Source: an uncultured virus (IMG/VR IMGVR_UViG_3300028833_006000)
Taxonomy: Duplodnaviria; Heunggongvirae; Uroviricota; Caudoviricetes
IMG/VR virus record: IMGVR_UViG_3300028833_006000
Length of the DNA: 64,000 nucleotides
Reading direction: 5' to 3' (one strand)
A program made the translations under genes and the position numbers. The notes below the pieces were generated by a model. The model was not told the DNA's origin, did no database searches, and saw only the letters and a list, made by a program, of their open reading frames with translations. Each line of letters opens with the position of its first letter. Positions within the stretch are counted from its first letter, which is position 1. Positions 38,657 to 48,998 of the stretch are shown piece by piece.

Positions 38657-40651
38657 ATGCTGAATAATATGAACCCTAATGCTGGTAACGGCAATCCTAA
38701 TTCAGGCGGTACGGGCGGAAGTGGAAATGGTGGTGGAAACGGTGGCAGCGGTATTCCCGCAAGCGCATTCACTGGCGGTTTCGGAATGGATGACGAAGAA
38801 TTTGATCCTAACGAATACCTCATCAACTATAACGAGAAGTTCAAGAATGAACCGCCAATCTTATTCCGTGATGCTGTTATTCAGCAGACACTGTCATGTC
38901 TTATCGGTAAGTTCAAGCCAAACGCACTCTTGATCGGTGCATGTGGCGTCGGTAAGACCAAGATTGTTGAAGATATCGCAAGGCGAATTGCCGTAGGTGA
39001 TATCCTGATTCCAAGCAGATTACAGGACTACACCATCTGGGAATTGCCTATTACAAATATCGTTTCCGGTTCAGGTCTTGTTGGTGAAGTTGAGCGTAAG
39101 ACCAAGAACATCATCAAGTTCGCATCCGATCCTGCCAATAAGGTAATCCTCTTCATTGATGAGATTCATGTTCTCATCGGTCAGAGCAAGACCTACGAGC
39201 AGATTGCTCAGATCATGAAGCCTGCTCTTGCAAGAGGTGATATGAAGGTTATCGGTGCGACGACCAGTCAGGAAGCACAAAACCTCATGGATGATCCTGC
39301 ATTCAACAGACGTTTCACAAGACTTATCGTGGACGAATTCTCTGTTGAGCAGACTGAAGTCATCCTGAACAACATGACTACTTCCATGTTTGACCACTAC
39401 GATAAGAAGATTGCCATCAACGACAAACTCATCAAAGAAGTTGTCAAAGTTGCTGATGAGTACCGTACTATGGGCTCTCACAGACCTGATAACGCCATTA
39501 CTTTGCTTGACCGTGCTATGTCTACGGCATACATCAAGCGTAAGGTCATGGAAGTTCAGGCACAGAATGATCCACAGCTTGCGGCGGCCCTTCAGAACAT
39601 GCCCACTATGTCGCTCTCAAAGTCCCAGCTTCGTGCCACTGCGATGAAGTTGATGACAGGCAACAATGAGAAAGTCATCGTTGATACAAACGAGATGAGA
39701 AATCAGCTCTCTGTTATCAAGGGCCAAGATCAGGCCATCGATTATCTCATCGATACTGTTGAGAGAGACAACTTGTCCCTTTTCCAGAGACAGAAACCGC
39801 TTACAATCCTGTTCGCAGGAAATTCCGGCGTCGGCAAGACAGAAGTGGTCAAGATCATTGCCCAGTATATTACCGGTGTAAAGCCGATCATTTTGAACAT
39901 GACGGAATATACCGATCACACCACGATCAATCGAATCATCGGTTCGTCCGCAGGTTTCGTTGGCTATGACAGCAAAATGGAACTGCCTTTTGACATTCTG
40001 GAAAGCAACCCTTATCAGATCATCCTTCTGGATGAGTTTGAGAAGGCACACCGCTCAGTACAGAGACTCTTTATGTCAGCTTTCGATGAAGGCTACATCA
40101 AGACATCAAGAGGTAAGGTAATTGATTTCTCAAAGTCAATCATCATTGCTACAACCAACGCAGGACACACGACTAAATCAGATCCTATCGGCTTCATCGA
40201 AGATGATGCCCAGACCGGCGCATCCGTGGCTGATTTGTCCAAATTCTTTGATGTGGAATTGCTCAACCGTTTCACAAAGGTTATCAACTTCAATCCAATC
40301 ACAAGAAACCTGTTCAAAGAAATTGCAGCAGATACTTACAAGCGCACGGTTGCCAAAGTCAAATCAAAGCATCCATCATTCACATTCCTTGCAGATGAAA
40401 TGTCTGACGATGAAGTTGAAGAGTTTGCTGAGAAGAACTTTGTCAAGGAATACGGTGCTCGCCCTGTAAGACCGGCGATTCAAAAGATCATCGAGGATGC
40501 TGTCCTCGAATTCAAACACAACAATGCCAATGGATTTGCGTCTGTTGTCAATCCTTCCGATACAGACGACATTCTGTTGCCATCGGGGGAAGAAGATGCA
40601 GCGCAGTCTGAGGATACAGACACGGACAATGCACAGTCCGAAGATGCGTAA
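38657..40651 (+). CDS. Clp/Hsp100 double-AAA ATPase lacking the N-terminal Clp-R domain
   Basis: GACGVGKT, FIDEIH, IGATT, RRF, PDNAITLLD; GNSGVGKT, LLDEFEKAH, TTNAG, PIGF loop, YGARP; G/N-rich N-terminus. Confidence 0.9.
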   Translation: MLNNMNPNAGNGNPNSGGTGGSGNGGGNGGSGIPASAFTGGFGMDDEEFDPNEYLINYNEKFKNEPPILFRDAVIQQTLSCLIGKFKPNALLIGACGVGKTKIVEDIARRIAVGDILIPSRLQDYTIWELPITNIVSGSGLVGEVERKTKNIIKFASDPANKVILFIDEIHVLIGQSKTYEQIAQIMKPALARGDMKVIGATTSQEAQNLMDDPAFNRRFTRLIVDEFSVEQTEVILNNMTTSMFDHYDKKIAINDKLIKEVVKVADEYRTMGSHRPDNAITLLDRAMSTAYIKRKVMEVQAQNDPQLAAALQNMPTMSLSKSQLRATAMKLMTGNNEKVIVDTNEMRNQLSVIKGQDQAIDYLIDTVERDNLSLFQRQKPLTILFAGNSGVGKTEVVKIIAQYITGVKPIILNMTEYTDHTTINRIIGSSAGFVGYDSKMELPFDILESNPYQIILLDEFEKAHRSVQRLFMSAFDEGYIKTSRGKVIDFSKSIIIATTNAGHTTKSDPIGFIEDDAQTGASVADLSKFFDVELLNRFTKVINFNPITRNLFKEIAADTYKRTVAKVKSKHPSFTFLADEMSDDEVEEFAEKNFVKEYGARPVRPAIQKIIEDAVLEFKHNNANGFASVVNPSDTDDILLPSGEEDAAQSEDTDTDNAQSEDA

Positions 40652-40712
40652 GACAATGCCTTGCCAAGCTTAGCTTGGCAAGGTCTTTACCGCTTGTATA
40701 AGGAGGATAAAA

Positions 40713-43700
40713 ATGCCTGTTATCATTGATGATAATAATTCTGCTACACTGGTTGACGTACACGGTGCAGCGAAAACCAATACAAAGGTCAATACCTTAT
40801 ATACGCCTAAGTTCTTTCACAAGAGCATTCTCACAGGTAAGGGTGGCCAGAGCAGGGGTCTCTTGAACGAGAAATGGGATCCTAAAATGCGTGCCAATGG
40901 CTATACATTGACACCAAATCCTGATATGGAACTTTCAACCCAGTATAACAAGGATATCAAGTTATACAACATTCCTTGTTACCTCATTTCAGCGGGTATC
41001 TGGGCTAATTATATTCGTAACATGAAGCGTCCGGCACTCACCGATATGGTGAAAATTGCTGAAAAAGGCACAGAAGAGATTTACATCATCGCTCCGATCC
41101 ATGCACTTCAGATTCAGGAACAGCAGGTTGTGAACGCACCCGGTGCTTCAGCAACACATGCAGAGAAAGCACTTGCACCCCTTATCAACGTATTCATCTT
41201 TGCCATAAAAGACATGAATGATGAAAATCATGTGAATTGTGGCGGCTTACAGATGATGCAGGGTGCTTCGTTCACAAACAACAAGAAGAACGCTTTCTAT
41301 CAGGACATCGTGCCTAACCTTGTGACTTGCTTGCTTGACATCTATAACAAGCTGACAGCAGCAGGCTACAATGTGTATAAGCAGACGCTTGATGACTTCC
41401 TGCAGAATTACAGTCTTTACACGGAACTCTGCAAGGCTTCCGAGAAATGGCTCACACAGGCTGATTATTTCATCAATGATGTTCTCATCAGCAATATCAT
41501 GGCTGTATGCAAGGGCAACTTTGATCCCAACGATCATTTCAGCGTATGGACATCTCCAAAGGATTCAGTCATGGAGATGCTTTCCAGACTTGAGAAATAC
41601 AGCATTCCTCTGGAGCAGTACAAAGCAATGTACGATCACATGAGTGCAAATCTCCCGGCGGATATCGTGGCTACGATTTCAAAAGCAAATCTGAACCTCA
41701 GATTGTCCAATACCCTGCAGCACATGGACCAGAACAGAGCACAGAACACTTTTGTTCCGTGTACAACCCACGTGAAGTCGAAGATTCCTTTCTCTTTGGA
41801 ACAAACGGCTGCCATCGAGTCTGTATCTCCGTTCACACTGGTACAGTCCGGAGCCGGCACAGGAAAGTCAACAGTTATTCGTGGCCGAATCGACCACATG
41901 ATTGCTAATGGCGTTGATCCTCACGACATCACCGTGCTGTCATTCACAAATGCCGCTGCTGACCATATCAAAGACCTTCAGCCGAATGTCCATAGTATGA
42001 CAATCGCAGCGATGCTTCACACGATCTACTCACACAATTATCCGACACATCAGTTGTCATCTTTATCGACAATCCTGAACAGTCTGGATATCTACTTCAG
42101 TCCTAAGAGTAGAACCATATCCGCAGCACAGCGAACATTCGTTGATAAATTCAAGAGAATCCTCGAAAGACTTCGTGACAACAACGAATATACGAAGGCT
42201 AACAACTTCGTAGAGGATTATATCGACGAGACTATCGACGTGCTGAACGTAATCCAGCAGACATCATTGGAACTGGAAAGCATCATTTGCTATCAGAAGA
42301 TGGATACGCTCGTGGAGCCGGATGAAACAAAGACAAAGCATCTCATCATTGACGAGGTGCAGGACAACTCGATCGCTGAGTTCATCTACAGCATCAAGTA
42401 CACCGATAAACATCAGTGCTCGATGTACATTGTAGGTGACTGCTCACAGACTCTTTATGAGTTCAGAGCATCCAATCCGAAGGCACTCAATGTGCTTGAA
42501 GCATCCGGCGTATTCGAGACATATAAGCTTCAGACCAACTATCGTTCAAATCAGGAGATTCTTGATTTTGCGAACGTATTGCTTGGTAACATTGAGGCAA
42601 ACCAGTATGCCAACATTCAGTTGCATGCCAACTCACTTGCTCCGGTCACAAAGAAGAGCTTCCAGAAGGCCGTAACCTTACACTACGAGAGAATGCAGAA
42701 TAAGAGCGCCGTATCTATCGACAACCTTATTTCACACAGCATCGCCGTAGACACAAAGGCGTGGATCGATGACAAGCTTCAGAAAGGTGAGCAGGTAGCA
42801 TTCCTTGCACCGAAGAGATATACTTTGACCAAAATCGAAGATTACCTCAGACGTATCTATGGCATTCCAAGACCTACAAGTCCCGGCATGCCTGATGACA
42901 TTGTGAGTCTTGTACCTGCGCATCCGCACGATAACGCAGTGTTCTCAAAGTTCATCGCAAGATATTGGGACAACATCCAGTATGTTCCGCCTGCAAATAT
43001 CCTTACGACCATCAGAAGAGAGCTTGCTTCCAAGTTTGATTATCTGATGCCTTACAAGAGTCAGGCTGCTTTGCAGAAAGCCAGAGATGATATCTTCGGC
43101 AGACCCGGACAGAACATGGGTATCTACGGTGAATTTGAAGCAATGTACAAGAACCGTGTCGCAACATGGCAGAATCAGGTATCAATGTCCGTTCTCACAA
43201 CGGCGCAGATGCTTGAGGAAGTCAAGAAGATCATGATCACATTCGAAATCCAGCGTAACGCTGTCATGAAGTCAGTAATCTCACAGAAGAATGCTGACAA
43301 CAAGAATTCACAGGCTGTTGAAAATGCGAAGTTCATTCTTTCGACAATCCACAGCGCAAAGGGTCTTGAGTTTGATAATGTCGTTGTCTTCTACGAGAGT
43401 GAATCGGCTGCTTCAGTCGAGGAAGCCACAAAGCGTATGTATTATGTGGCATTTACTCGTGCGAAGAAAGCAGAGTTCATCTTTGCGTATGATACGATGG
43501 CGTATCCGAAGATCTGCGGTGACTATGAAAAGATCATTGATGACCTGGATAAACAGGCGGCAGCAGCTATTGCAAATGGCACTGCTTTACCTGATGACGA
43601 TGATGACGACGATACCGTTGTTATCCAGACAGCCAGCAATACACCAATGGCTGTGCCGGGATTAGTCAAGATCAACGCAGGTGATTCAGATGATGAACCT

Positions 43701-43736
43701 GCTGACAGCATGGATGACGAAGACGAAGATGAATAA
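40713..43736 (+). CDS. UvrD/Rep-like SF1 helicase with long N-terminal extension
   Basis: GAGTGKS, SFTNAAA, IIDEVQD, VGDCSQTLYEFR, LQTNYRS, STIHSAKGLEFD, YYVAFTRAK. Confidence 0.92.
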   Translation: MPVIIDDNNSATLVDVHGAAKTNTKVNTLYTPKFFHKSILTGKGGQSRGLLNEKWDPKMRANGYTLTPNPDMELSTQYNKDIKLYNIPCYLISAGIWANYIRNMKRPALTDMVKIAEKGTEEIYIIAPIHALQIQEQQVVNAPGASATHAEKALAPLINVFIFAIKDMNDENHVNCGGLQMMQGASFTNNKKNAFYQDIVPNLVTCLLDIYNKLTAAGYNVYKQTLDDFLQNYSLYTELCKASEKWLTQADYFINDVLISNIMAVCKGNFDPNDHFSVWTSPKDSVMEMLSRLEKYSIPLEQYKAMYDHMSANLPADIVATISKANLNLRLSNTLQHMDQNRAQNTFVPCTTHVKSKIPFSLEQTAAIESVSPFTLVQSGAGTGKSTVIRGRIDHMIANGVDPHDITVLSFTNAAADHIKDLQPNVHSMTIAAMLHTIYSHNYPTHQLSSLSTILNSLDIYFSPKSRTISAAQRTFVDKFKRILERLRDNNEYTKANNFVEDYIDETIDVLNVIQQTSLELESIICYQKMDTLVEPDETKTKHLIIDEVQDNSIAEFIYSIKYTDKHQCSMYIVGDCSQTLYEFRASNPKALNVLEASGVFETYKLQTNYRSNQEILDFANVLLGNIEANQYANIQLHANSLAPVTKKSFQKAVTLHYERMQNKSAVSIDNLISHSIAVDTKAWIDDKLQKGEQVAFLAPKRYTLTKIEDYLRRIYGIPRPTSPGMPDDIVSLVPAHPHDNAVFSKFIARYWDNIQYVPPANILTTIRRELASKFDYLMPYKSQAALQKARDDIFGRPGQNMGIYGEFEAMYKNRVATWQNQVSMSVLTTAQMLEEVKKIMITFEIQRNAVMKSVISQKNADNKNSQAVENAKFILSTIHSAKGLEFDNVVVFYESESAASVEEATKRMYYVAFTRAKKAEFIFAYDTMAYPKICGDYEKIIDDLDKQAAAAIANGTALPDDDDDDDTVVIQTASNTPMAVPGLVKINAGDSDDEPADSMDDEDEDE

Positions 43737-43895
43737 GGTATAAATTGTATGGTGCGGTCGAAAAATCATTGGCCGCACCAATACGATTAAAACATCACAT
43801 CTAAGCACTATCCCAGTTATAAGCAACAAAATGCTATCCAACACCAAATAAAATTGGTACGATATTGGTAGTACTTGCGAACACTATTGTATTAT

Positions 43896-43949
43896 AGTGA
43901 TGTTCTCCTTACAGAGCCTCGCAGACACTGTCTGTGAGGCTATTTTTTT
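43896..43949 (+). ncRNA. candidate small RNA B (anti-SD seed + terminator)
   Basis: GTGATGTTCTCCTT followed by AGCCTCGCAGAC/GTCTGTGAGGCT hairpin and T7; promoter not clear. Confidence 0.45.
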
Positions 43950-43990
43950 ACATTTGGAGAAATAATAATCTAATTGAAAGGATGATTGCC

Positions 43991-45679
43991 ATGTCGCCAG
44001 AAGAATACGGAATGGTGTGCGACCGCATTTTGAGAGAAACTATGAAATATATCTCTACGGATAATATGCGGAAAGCTACAATAGACAAATCATATGTTAA
44101 CAACCCAGATCCGATATATATCAGTGCGGCAATCAGCAAATCACCCATCGTTATTGTTGATACACCGGCTGGTTCAGGAAAATCTACGCTGATTGCCGAC
44201 AGAGCAAAAGGACTTATCCAAAGTGGAACCCCGGCATCAGAAATCGCTGTATTGTCAATGAATATCGCAAAAGCCAATCAGCTTGCCCAGATCATTCCGG
44301 GAACGCATAGCATGACATTCAGCGACTTTATTCACAGTATATACACCGTGAATAATCCAGACAATGTGCTTATTGATGATGATTCACTCATCAGCACATT
44401 AAAGTTATGCCAGCAGACTCCATTCAGACAGGCATTTCTTGAAAAAATGACCATTGTTGATCCGTTGGATAGAACTACGCTGCTCACACTGTTTGTCAAT
44501 AAGCACCTTGACGAAGTAGAAGCAGAACTTTCTGCTATCAAGCGGTCAAGTTACACTCTTGAGTCAATGGTATGTCAGAACAGAGCATATCATTACGATA
44601 AGAACCCATTTTCATTATCCGAAATCATCATCAATGGTATTCACAATATGCCATTGCCTATCGTATGCTTCGTACTTGAGTATGCATCCCGTTATGGATG
44701 TCGTTTATACATTACGGGTGCAAATGACGAAACAATCTACACGTTCAACATGGCATACGGTAAAGTTATCGACTTTCTGTCAAAATACACAGAACTTAAA
44801 GTCGATATGATCCATCTGCAGACAACGCAGCTCAGTGATGATATTCGTCACGTCATGGAAATGGACGAAAGATTTGATGTGTCTGAAGACCATATTCGAG
44901 CAGAACACATAACCGCGAAGAACATCGCTGATCCAAAACCACTCATCCAGCAACTGTTCGTGAACGGATCCGATTATGTGACTGACAAGCTACAGAAGCA
45001 TGAACAGATTCTCATAATGGCCCGTTCCAAATATGATATTGCCCATCTGGAAAACGCAATCCTGCCGTATTATAAGCAGCAATTTCCGAATTTGAAAATT
45101 GCTGATCTGACAAATGTGCAGGCACCGATATTCCTGTGGGGTAAAATCCTGGCGAAATATCACAGAACATTGCTCAACGCATTCCCACAGGGAATCACAC
45201 TGCCGGAATTATGCGGCAAGTTATGGGATTTTCATGATACAGAAATAGAAAATGCGCAATCCCAAAACATGAAAAGCCTGTACAAAGCAAGCAAAGATGA
45301 TCTGGAAGCTATGAGCCAGACCACCTGGTCAACACAAGATATGATAAGAATGCCAGTTCTCACCCGCATCCAGAATGTGATTGACGCTGAAGCTGCAAAA
45401 ATCCAGCAGCACAACTTATCAATGCGTGCAAATAACGCTTTGGATATCGAATCGGCAGATATCATATTCTCGACAATTCATTCATCCATAGACTTGCGCA
45501 TTGACAATACCATTGTGTATTTTCGTAACTCCACTAACACCGTAGATGAAAGTTTGTATAAGGTAGCACTGTCCCGGGCAAAGAAATCAGAATATCTGAT
45601 CTTCGTCAATTCAGATTATTTTGATGTTCCCGTGCAGTATTATCTCAAACATCATCTGATTAAAATGAAAGGAAATTAA
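43991..45679 (+). CDS. Degenerate (probably inactive) UvrD-like helicase paralogue
   Basis: PAGSGKST retained; Walker B replaced by IINGIHN; GANDETIYTF; STIHSSIDL; LYKVALSRAKK. Confidence 0.78.
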   Translation: MSPEEYGMVCDRILRETMKYISTDNMRKATIDKSYVNNPDPIYISAAISKSPIVIVDTPAGSGKSTLIADRAKGLIQSGTPASEIAVLSMNIAKANQLAQIIPGTHSMTFSDFIHSIYTVNNPDNVLIDDDSLISTLKLCQQTPFRQAFLEKMTIVDPLDRTTLLTLFVNKHLDEVEAELSAIKRSSYTLESMVCQNRAYHYDKNPFSLSEIIINGIHNMPLPIVCFVLEYASRYGCRLYITGANDETIYTFNMAYGKVIDFLSKYTELKVDMIHLQTTQLSDDIRHVMEMDERFDVSEDHIRAEHITAKNIADPKPLIQQLFVNGSDYVTDKLQKHEQILIMARSKYDIAHLENAILPYYKQQFPNLKIADLTNVQAPIFLWGKILAKYHRTLLNAFPQGITLPELCGKLWDFHDTEIENAQSQNMKSLYKASKDDLEAMSQTTWSTQDMIRMPVLTRIQNVIDAEAAKIQQHNLSMRANNALDIESADIIFSTIHSSIDLRIDNTIVYFRNSTNTVDESLYKVALSRAKKSEYLIFVNSDYFDVPVQYYLKHHLIKMKGN

Positions 45680-45680
45680 C

Positions 45681-46814
45681 ATGAAAATGACAGAACAAGA
45701 AGCCCTCCGCAGAAAGATACTTTTTCGTATCCTCGGTGGTCTGATTGCCGTGTTTGGTATCACGCTCATTGTCTATATCGTGACATTGACGCGATACAGA
45801 CACCCCAGCCAGGATACGGATATGAAAGTCGTTGATGCCTCAGAAAACACATCTGCTGTCGTGACAGAAGTCGCAACTGCTGACGATGCAGTGATAGACT
45901 CCATTCAGAATCCGACTGAGCAGGTCATTCCCGACATCATCAAGATTGAGACAGAAGATACTCCCGTGGAAATATCTGACGAAACATCAGAAGAGTCATT
46001 AGAAGAAATATCAGAAGATATCCCTGATGATTCAGAAATAAATATCCCTGCAACAGTGCGTGAGCAGGTTACCATGAACTGGTCCGAGGAAATGGAATCT
46101 GCAGATGACGTCTATTTATCAGATACGACTTATGTGGCCGTCACCAAAGGTTCCATCAACAACGAGCCATATTGGCTATTCCACGTGATCATGGCAGATC
46201 CATCACAGATGACAACCGCCATGACGTCGAATCCCCGTAACAGAACATCTGCATACAGACTCAATGAACGAAAGCCATACGTATTGGCACTTCCCGGCAG
46301 CGATATGATCGGTGGATATCTGGCCATGTGCGACGGCGTGCATGTGTATAATGGGGAACTTCAGGGCGACCGTTCCGAAACGCTTGGTACTGAAGTCCTA
46401 TTCACAAACGTAGGATACATGAGCAGAGCAGAAGCTGGTCTGTCCTACGAAGAAATCAATATGCCCGGTTTATCATGGACTATCAGTACTGAATATCCGA
46501 CGCTCATTGATAACGGTGTCGGTCTTGATATCCCAGACTCGTTTGCCAATAATCGTTCATGCAAGACAGCAATGGGTATGGTTAAACCCTGCGAATACTA
46601 TTTTCTTGCCTGCAGCGATGGTGACTATATCTGTGATATCTCGTATGCAGATATGAGAGATATTCTCGCCGATAAGGGCTGTTTCTTCGCCCAAGCAATG
46701 CACACTGAAGCCAATGCATTCATTGCAATGCATGGAGATATCATAAATGATCCTGCTGTAGAATATGGAAGACCACAAATCGAATACATCATCATCACAG
46801 ATAATGTCGATTAA
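45681..46814 (+). CDS. Membrane-anchored protein, possible phosphodiester-glycosidase (NAGPA)-like domain
   Basis: N-terminal TM, acidic linker, PTLIDNG...KTAMG......YYF...DG pattern. Confidence 0.5.
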   Translation: MKMTEQEALRRKILFRILGGLIAVFGITLIVYIVTLTRYRHPSQDTDMKVVDASENTSAVVTEVATADDAVIDSIQNPTEQVIPDIIKIETEDTPVEISDETSEESLEEISEDIPDDSEINIPATVREQVTMNWSEEMESADDVYLSDTTYVAVTKGSINNEPYWLFHVIMADPSQMTTAMTSNPRNRTSAYRLNERKPYVLALPGSDMIGGYLAMCDGVHVYNGELQGDRSETLGTEVLFTNVGYMSRAEAGLSYEEINMPGLSWTISTEYPTLIDNGVGLDIPDSFANNRSCKTAMGMVKPCEYYFLACSDGDYICDISYADMRDILADKGCFFAQAMHTEANAFIAMHGDIINDPAVEYGRPQIEYIIITDNVD

Positions 46815-46889
46815 GTCTTGCAATTTTCGCTGATATATGATAGGATTTTATGATGAGGGCTCACGCCGATAGTTATCAGAGGTGATAAA

Positions 46890-48224
46890 ATGACAAGATA
46901 TGACGTAGAAAACTATTACAGTGCTATCGGTAAGCGGGATAATCTGCTTATCGTATCCACTACCGAACGGATTGATGAAATCGCAGATAACATCAATACT
47001 TTGATTCGGGAAAAGAACATTGCCACGGTCAACATCGAAGTGATCCACAAAATGGAGAACATCCAATCCTATACATTGGTATCGATCCATAACGGCACAT
47101 GCGACATGTATTCGGAAAAGAACAAGATTCTTTCCGGTGGTACTATTTTAGAAGTAGCAAGCTACATTACCAATCACATGCCGGCCATCATCACCGTGCC
47201 TTATACGGATTATGTTGATCGTATTGATGACAATGACGGTATTGTCATCAAAAACATCAAGACTGGAGAAGAGAAGACTGTCGATATTGACATGATCAAT
47301 ATTGCCGAGATGAACATCCTCGGTGTCTACCTTGACAACGATGGATCCGTTAATATCCGTCCAGTCAACCACATTTCAGATGAGGATATGAATGATTTCA
47401 TACGTCTGACTGAATACATAAAAGACGAAGGTCTCAGAGTATTCGCTCAGATCGGCCTCAGGATAATTCCTGATTATGTGGTCACGGCACCATCCGGCGT
47501 CGATGGATATCATTATCCTGCGGATAATGTTGCTGAAGGCGGCTTGAAGCGCAGAATCATCAATACCGTTGAAATGATGAGACTGCTCACCAGCCAGGAT
47601 TATGCTCATATCAAGTTCACAGACAGAGAAATTGATATGATGATCACAGCCTGCATCTTCTGCGATGCATGGCACAGCGGCTGGCAGGAAGATTACGACA
47701 GGAATCCATCGGTTCGGTTTGAACATCCAAGAATTGCTGCTGAAGCACTTCGCAGTATTCACGGCATAATCCCCGAAGGTTCCAAGAAGTTCATTACGAA
47801 CTGCATTGAATCCCATATGGGACAGAAGAACAAATCGACAGAAGATTTATCAGTCAAACCGTTGCCTGTTCCTGACACGGAATTCAAGTACACGGTTCAT
47901 TTGGCAAACTTCCTGACCAAACAGCAGAACATTGCATTCGCATCAGGCGACAAATGGTTCCACTATGAAGAGGTCAAAGACAATATCACGTGGATTCCGA
48001 GAGAAGCCGGTTTATCCAGAGACGACATGGTTATTTTACAGAATGCCTTAACAGAAGTCATTGATCATGACAAGGTTGTGGAAGCCGGCATCGTTGATGA
48101 AAAAGGTCGTCCGTTAAAGCCTGATATGATCAAAAGCATTTGGCGCAATATTCTGAATGCGAGAGCGGTAAAGCCTGAAAACATGAAGTTCGTAGAACTT
48201 GCCAGAACAGTGACAATGTTCTGA
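46890..48224 (+). CDS. HD-like phosphohydrolase-domain protein (degenerate motif)
   Basis: APS...YHYP....EGGL, ACIFCD, EHP, IESHMG, VHLAN in the C-terminal half. Confidence 0.6.
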   Translation: MTRYDVENYYSAIGKRDNLLIVSTTERIDEIADNINTLIREKNIATVNIEVIHKMENIQSYTLVSIHNGTCDMYSEKNKILSGGTILEVASYITNHMPAIITVPYTDYVDRIDDNDGIVIKNIKTGEEKTVDIDMINIAEMNILGVYLDNDGSVNIRPVNHISDEDMNDFIRLTEYIKDEGLRVFAQIGLRIIPDYVVTAPSGVDGYHYPADNVAEGGLKRRIINTVEMMRLLTSQDYAHIKFTDREIDMMITACIFCDAWHSGWQEDYDRNPSVRFEHPRIAAEALRSIHGIIPEGSKKFITNCIESHMGQKNKSTEDLSVKPLPVPDTEFKYTVHLANFLTKQQNIAFASGDKWFHYEEVKDNITWIPREAGLSRDDMVILQNALTEVIDHDKVVEAGIVDEKGRPLKPDMIKSIWRNILNARAVKPENMKFVELARTVTMF

Positions 48225-48308
48225 ATTGACAACTAAATAAATACAAAAACATTGTACAGCAGACTGGGATTTCTCGGTCTGCTGTTTGCGTGAAAGGAGA
48301 ACAATCAC

Positions 48309-48554
48309 ATGGCAAAACAGAAATATGTGATACCTGTAACTTATGAAATGACAGGTGTGATCACAATAGAAGCAGAATCACCCGATGAAGCAATTGATAT
48401 TGCATTGGAAAATGTGGATATGATACCACTTCCCGATGACCCTGCGTATGTAGACGGTAGTTTCACAGTAGAAACTGACGCCGATCTCGTCGAGGCAAAC
48501 ACAGCTGACGCCAAGAAGAGAGGAAAGTATCCCAATATATTTGTACCGTCGTAA
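48309..48554 (+). CDS. small hypothetical protein
   Basis: AAAGGAG RBS; IEAES.DEAI..A pattern. Confidence 0.7.
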   Translation: MAKQKYVIPVTYEMTGVITIEAESPDEAIDIALENVDMIPLPDDPAYVDGSFTVETDADLVEANTADAKKRGKYPNIFVPS

Positions 48555-48572
48555 TCGCAGGAGGACAACAAT

Positions 48573-48998
48573 ATGCAGATAACATACATTCAGAACTGTG
48601 CATATGACATTACTGCCTGTAAGAAAGGCGAAAACCCTGACATGTGCACGCCCATGACCAAATCCGAAATCACAGCGCTTCGCAAAGCCCATCCCGGCAA
48701 ATTAGAAAAGGCTTTGGATGCGCTTTCTTCAAACCATATGTGCGGCGGTGAAAAGATGAAGACGCCGGAATACCGTGAGCATTTAGCTAAATGCTTCATT
48801 CCCGGAACAAAAGCCGCAAAGATCAAATACCGTCTTGGTGGTTATGCCAGAGTTTCTATCGTATTTGATCATGAACTCTCAGATGCAGAACAGACGAATC
48901 TCGATGATGCCATTGAAGGTCAGATGACCGATGGATATGGTGAAAATCCATTTGAACTGTTCACCATCAAAGGCGTAACATACTGGTTGACCATATGA
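48573..48998 (+). CDS. hypothetical protein
   Basis: AGGAGG RBS; GQMTDGYGE. Confidence 0.7.
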   Translation: MQITYIQNCAYDITACKKGENPDMCTPMTKSEITALRKAHPGKLEKALDALSSNHMCGGEKMKTPEYREHLAKCFIPGTKAAKIKYRLGGYARVSIVFDHELSDAEQTNLDDAIEGQMTDGYGENPFELFTIKGVTYWLTI

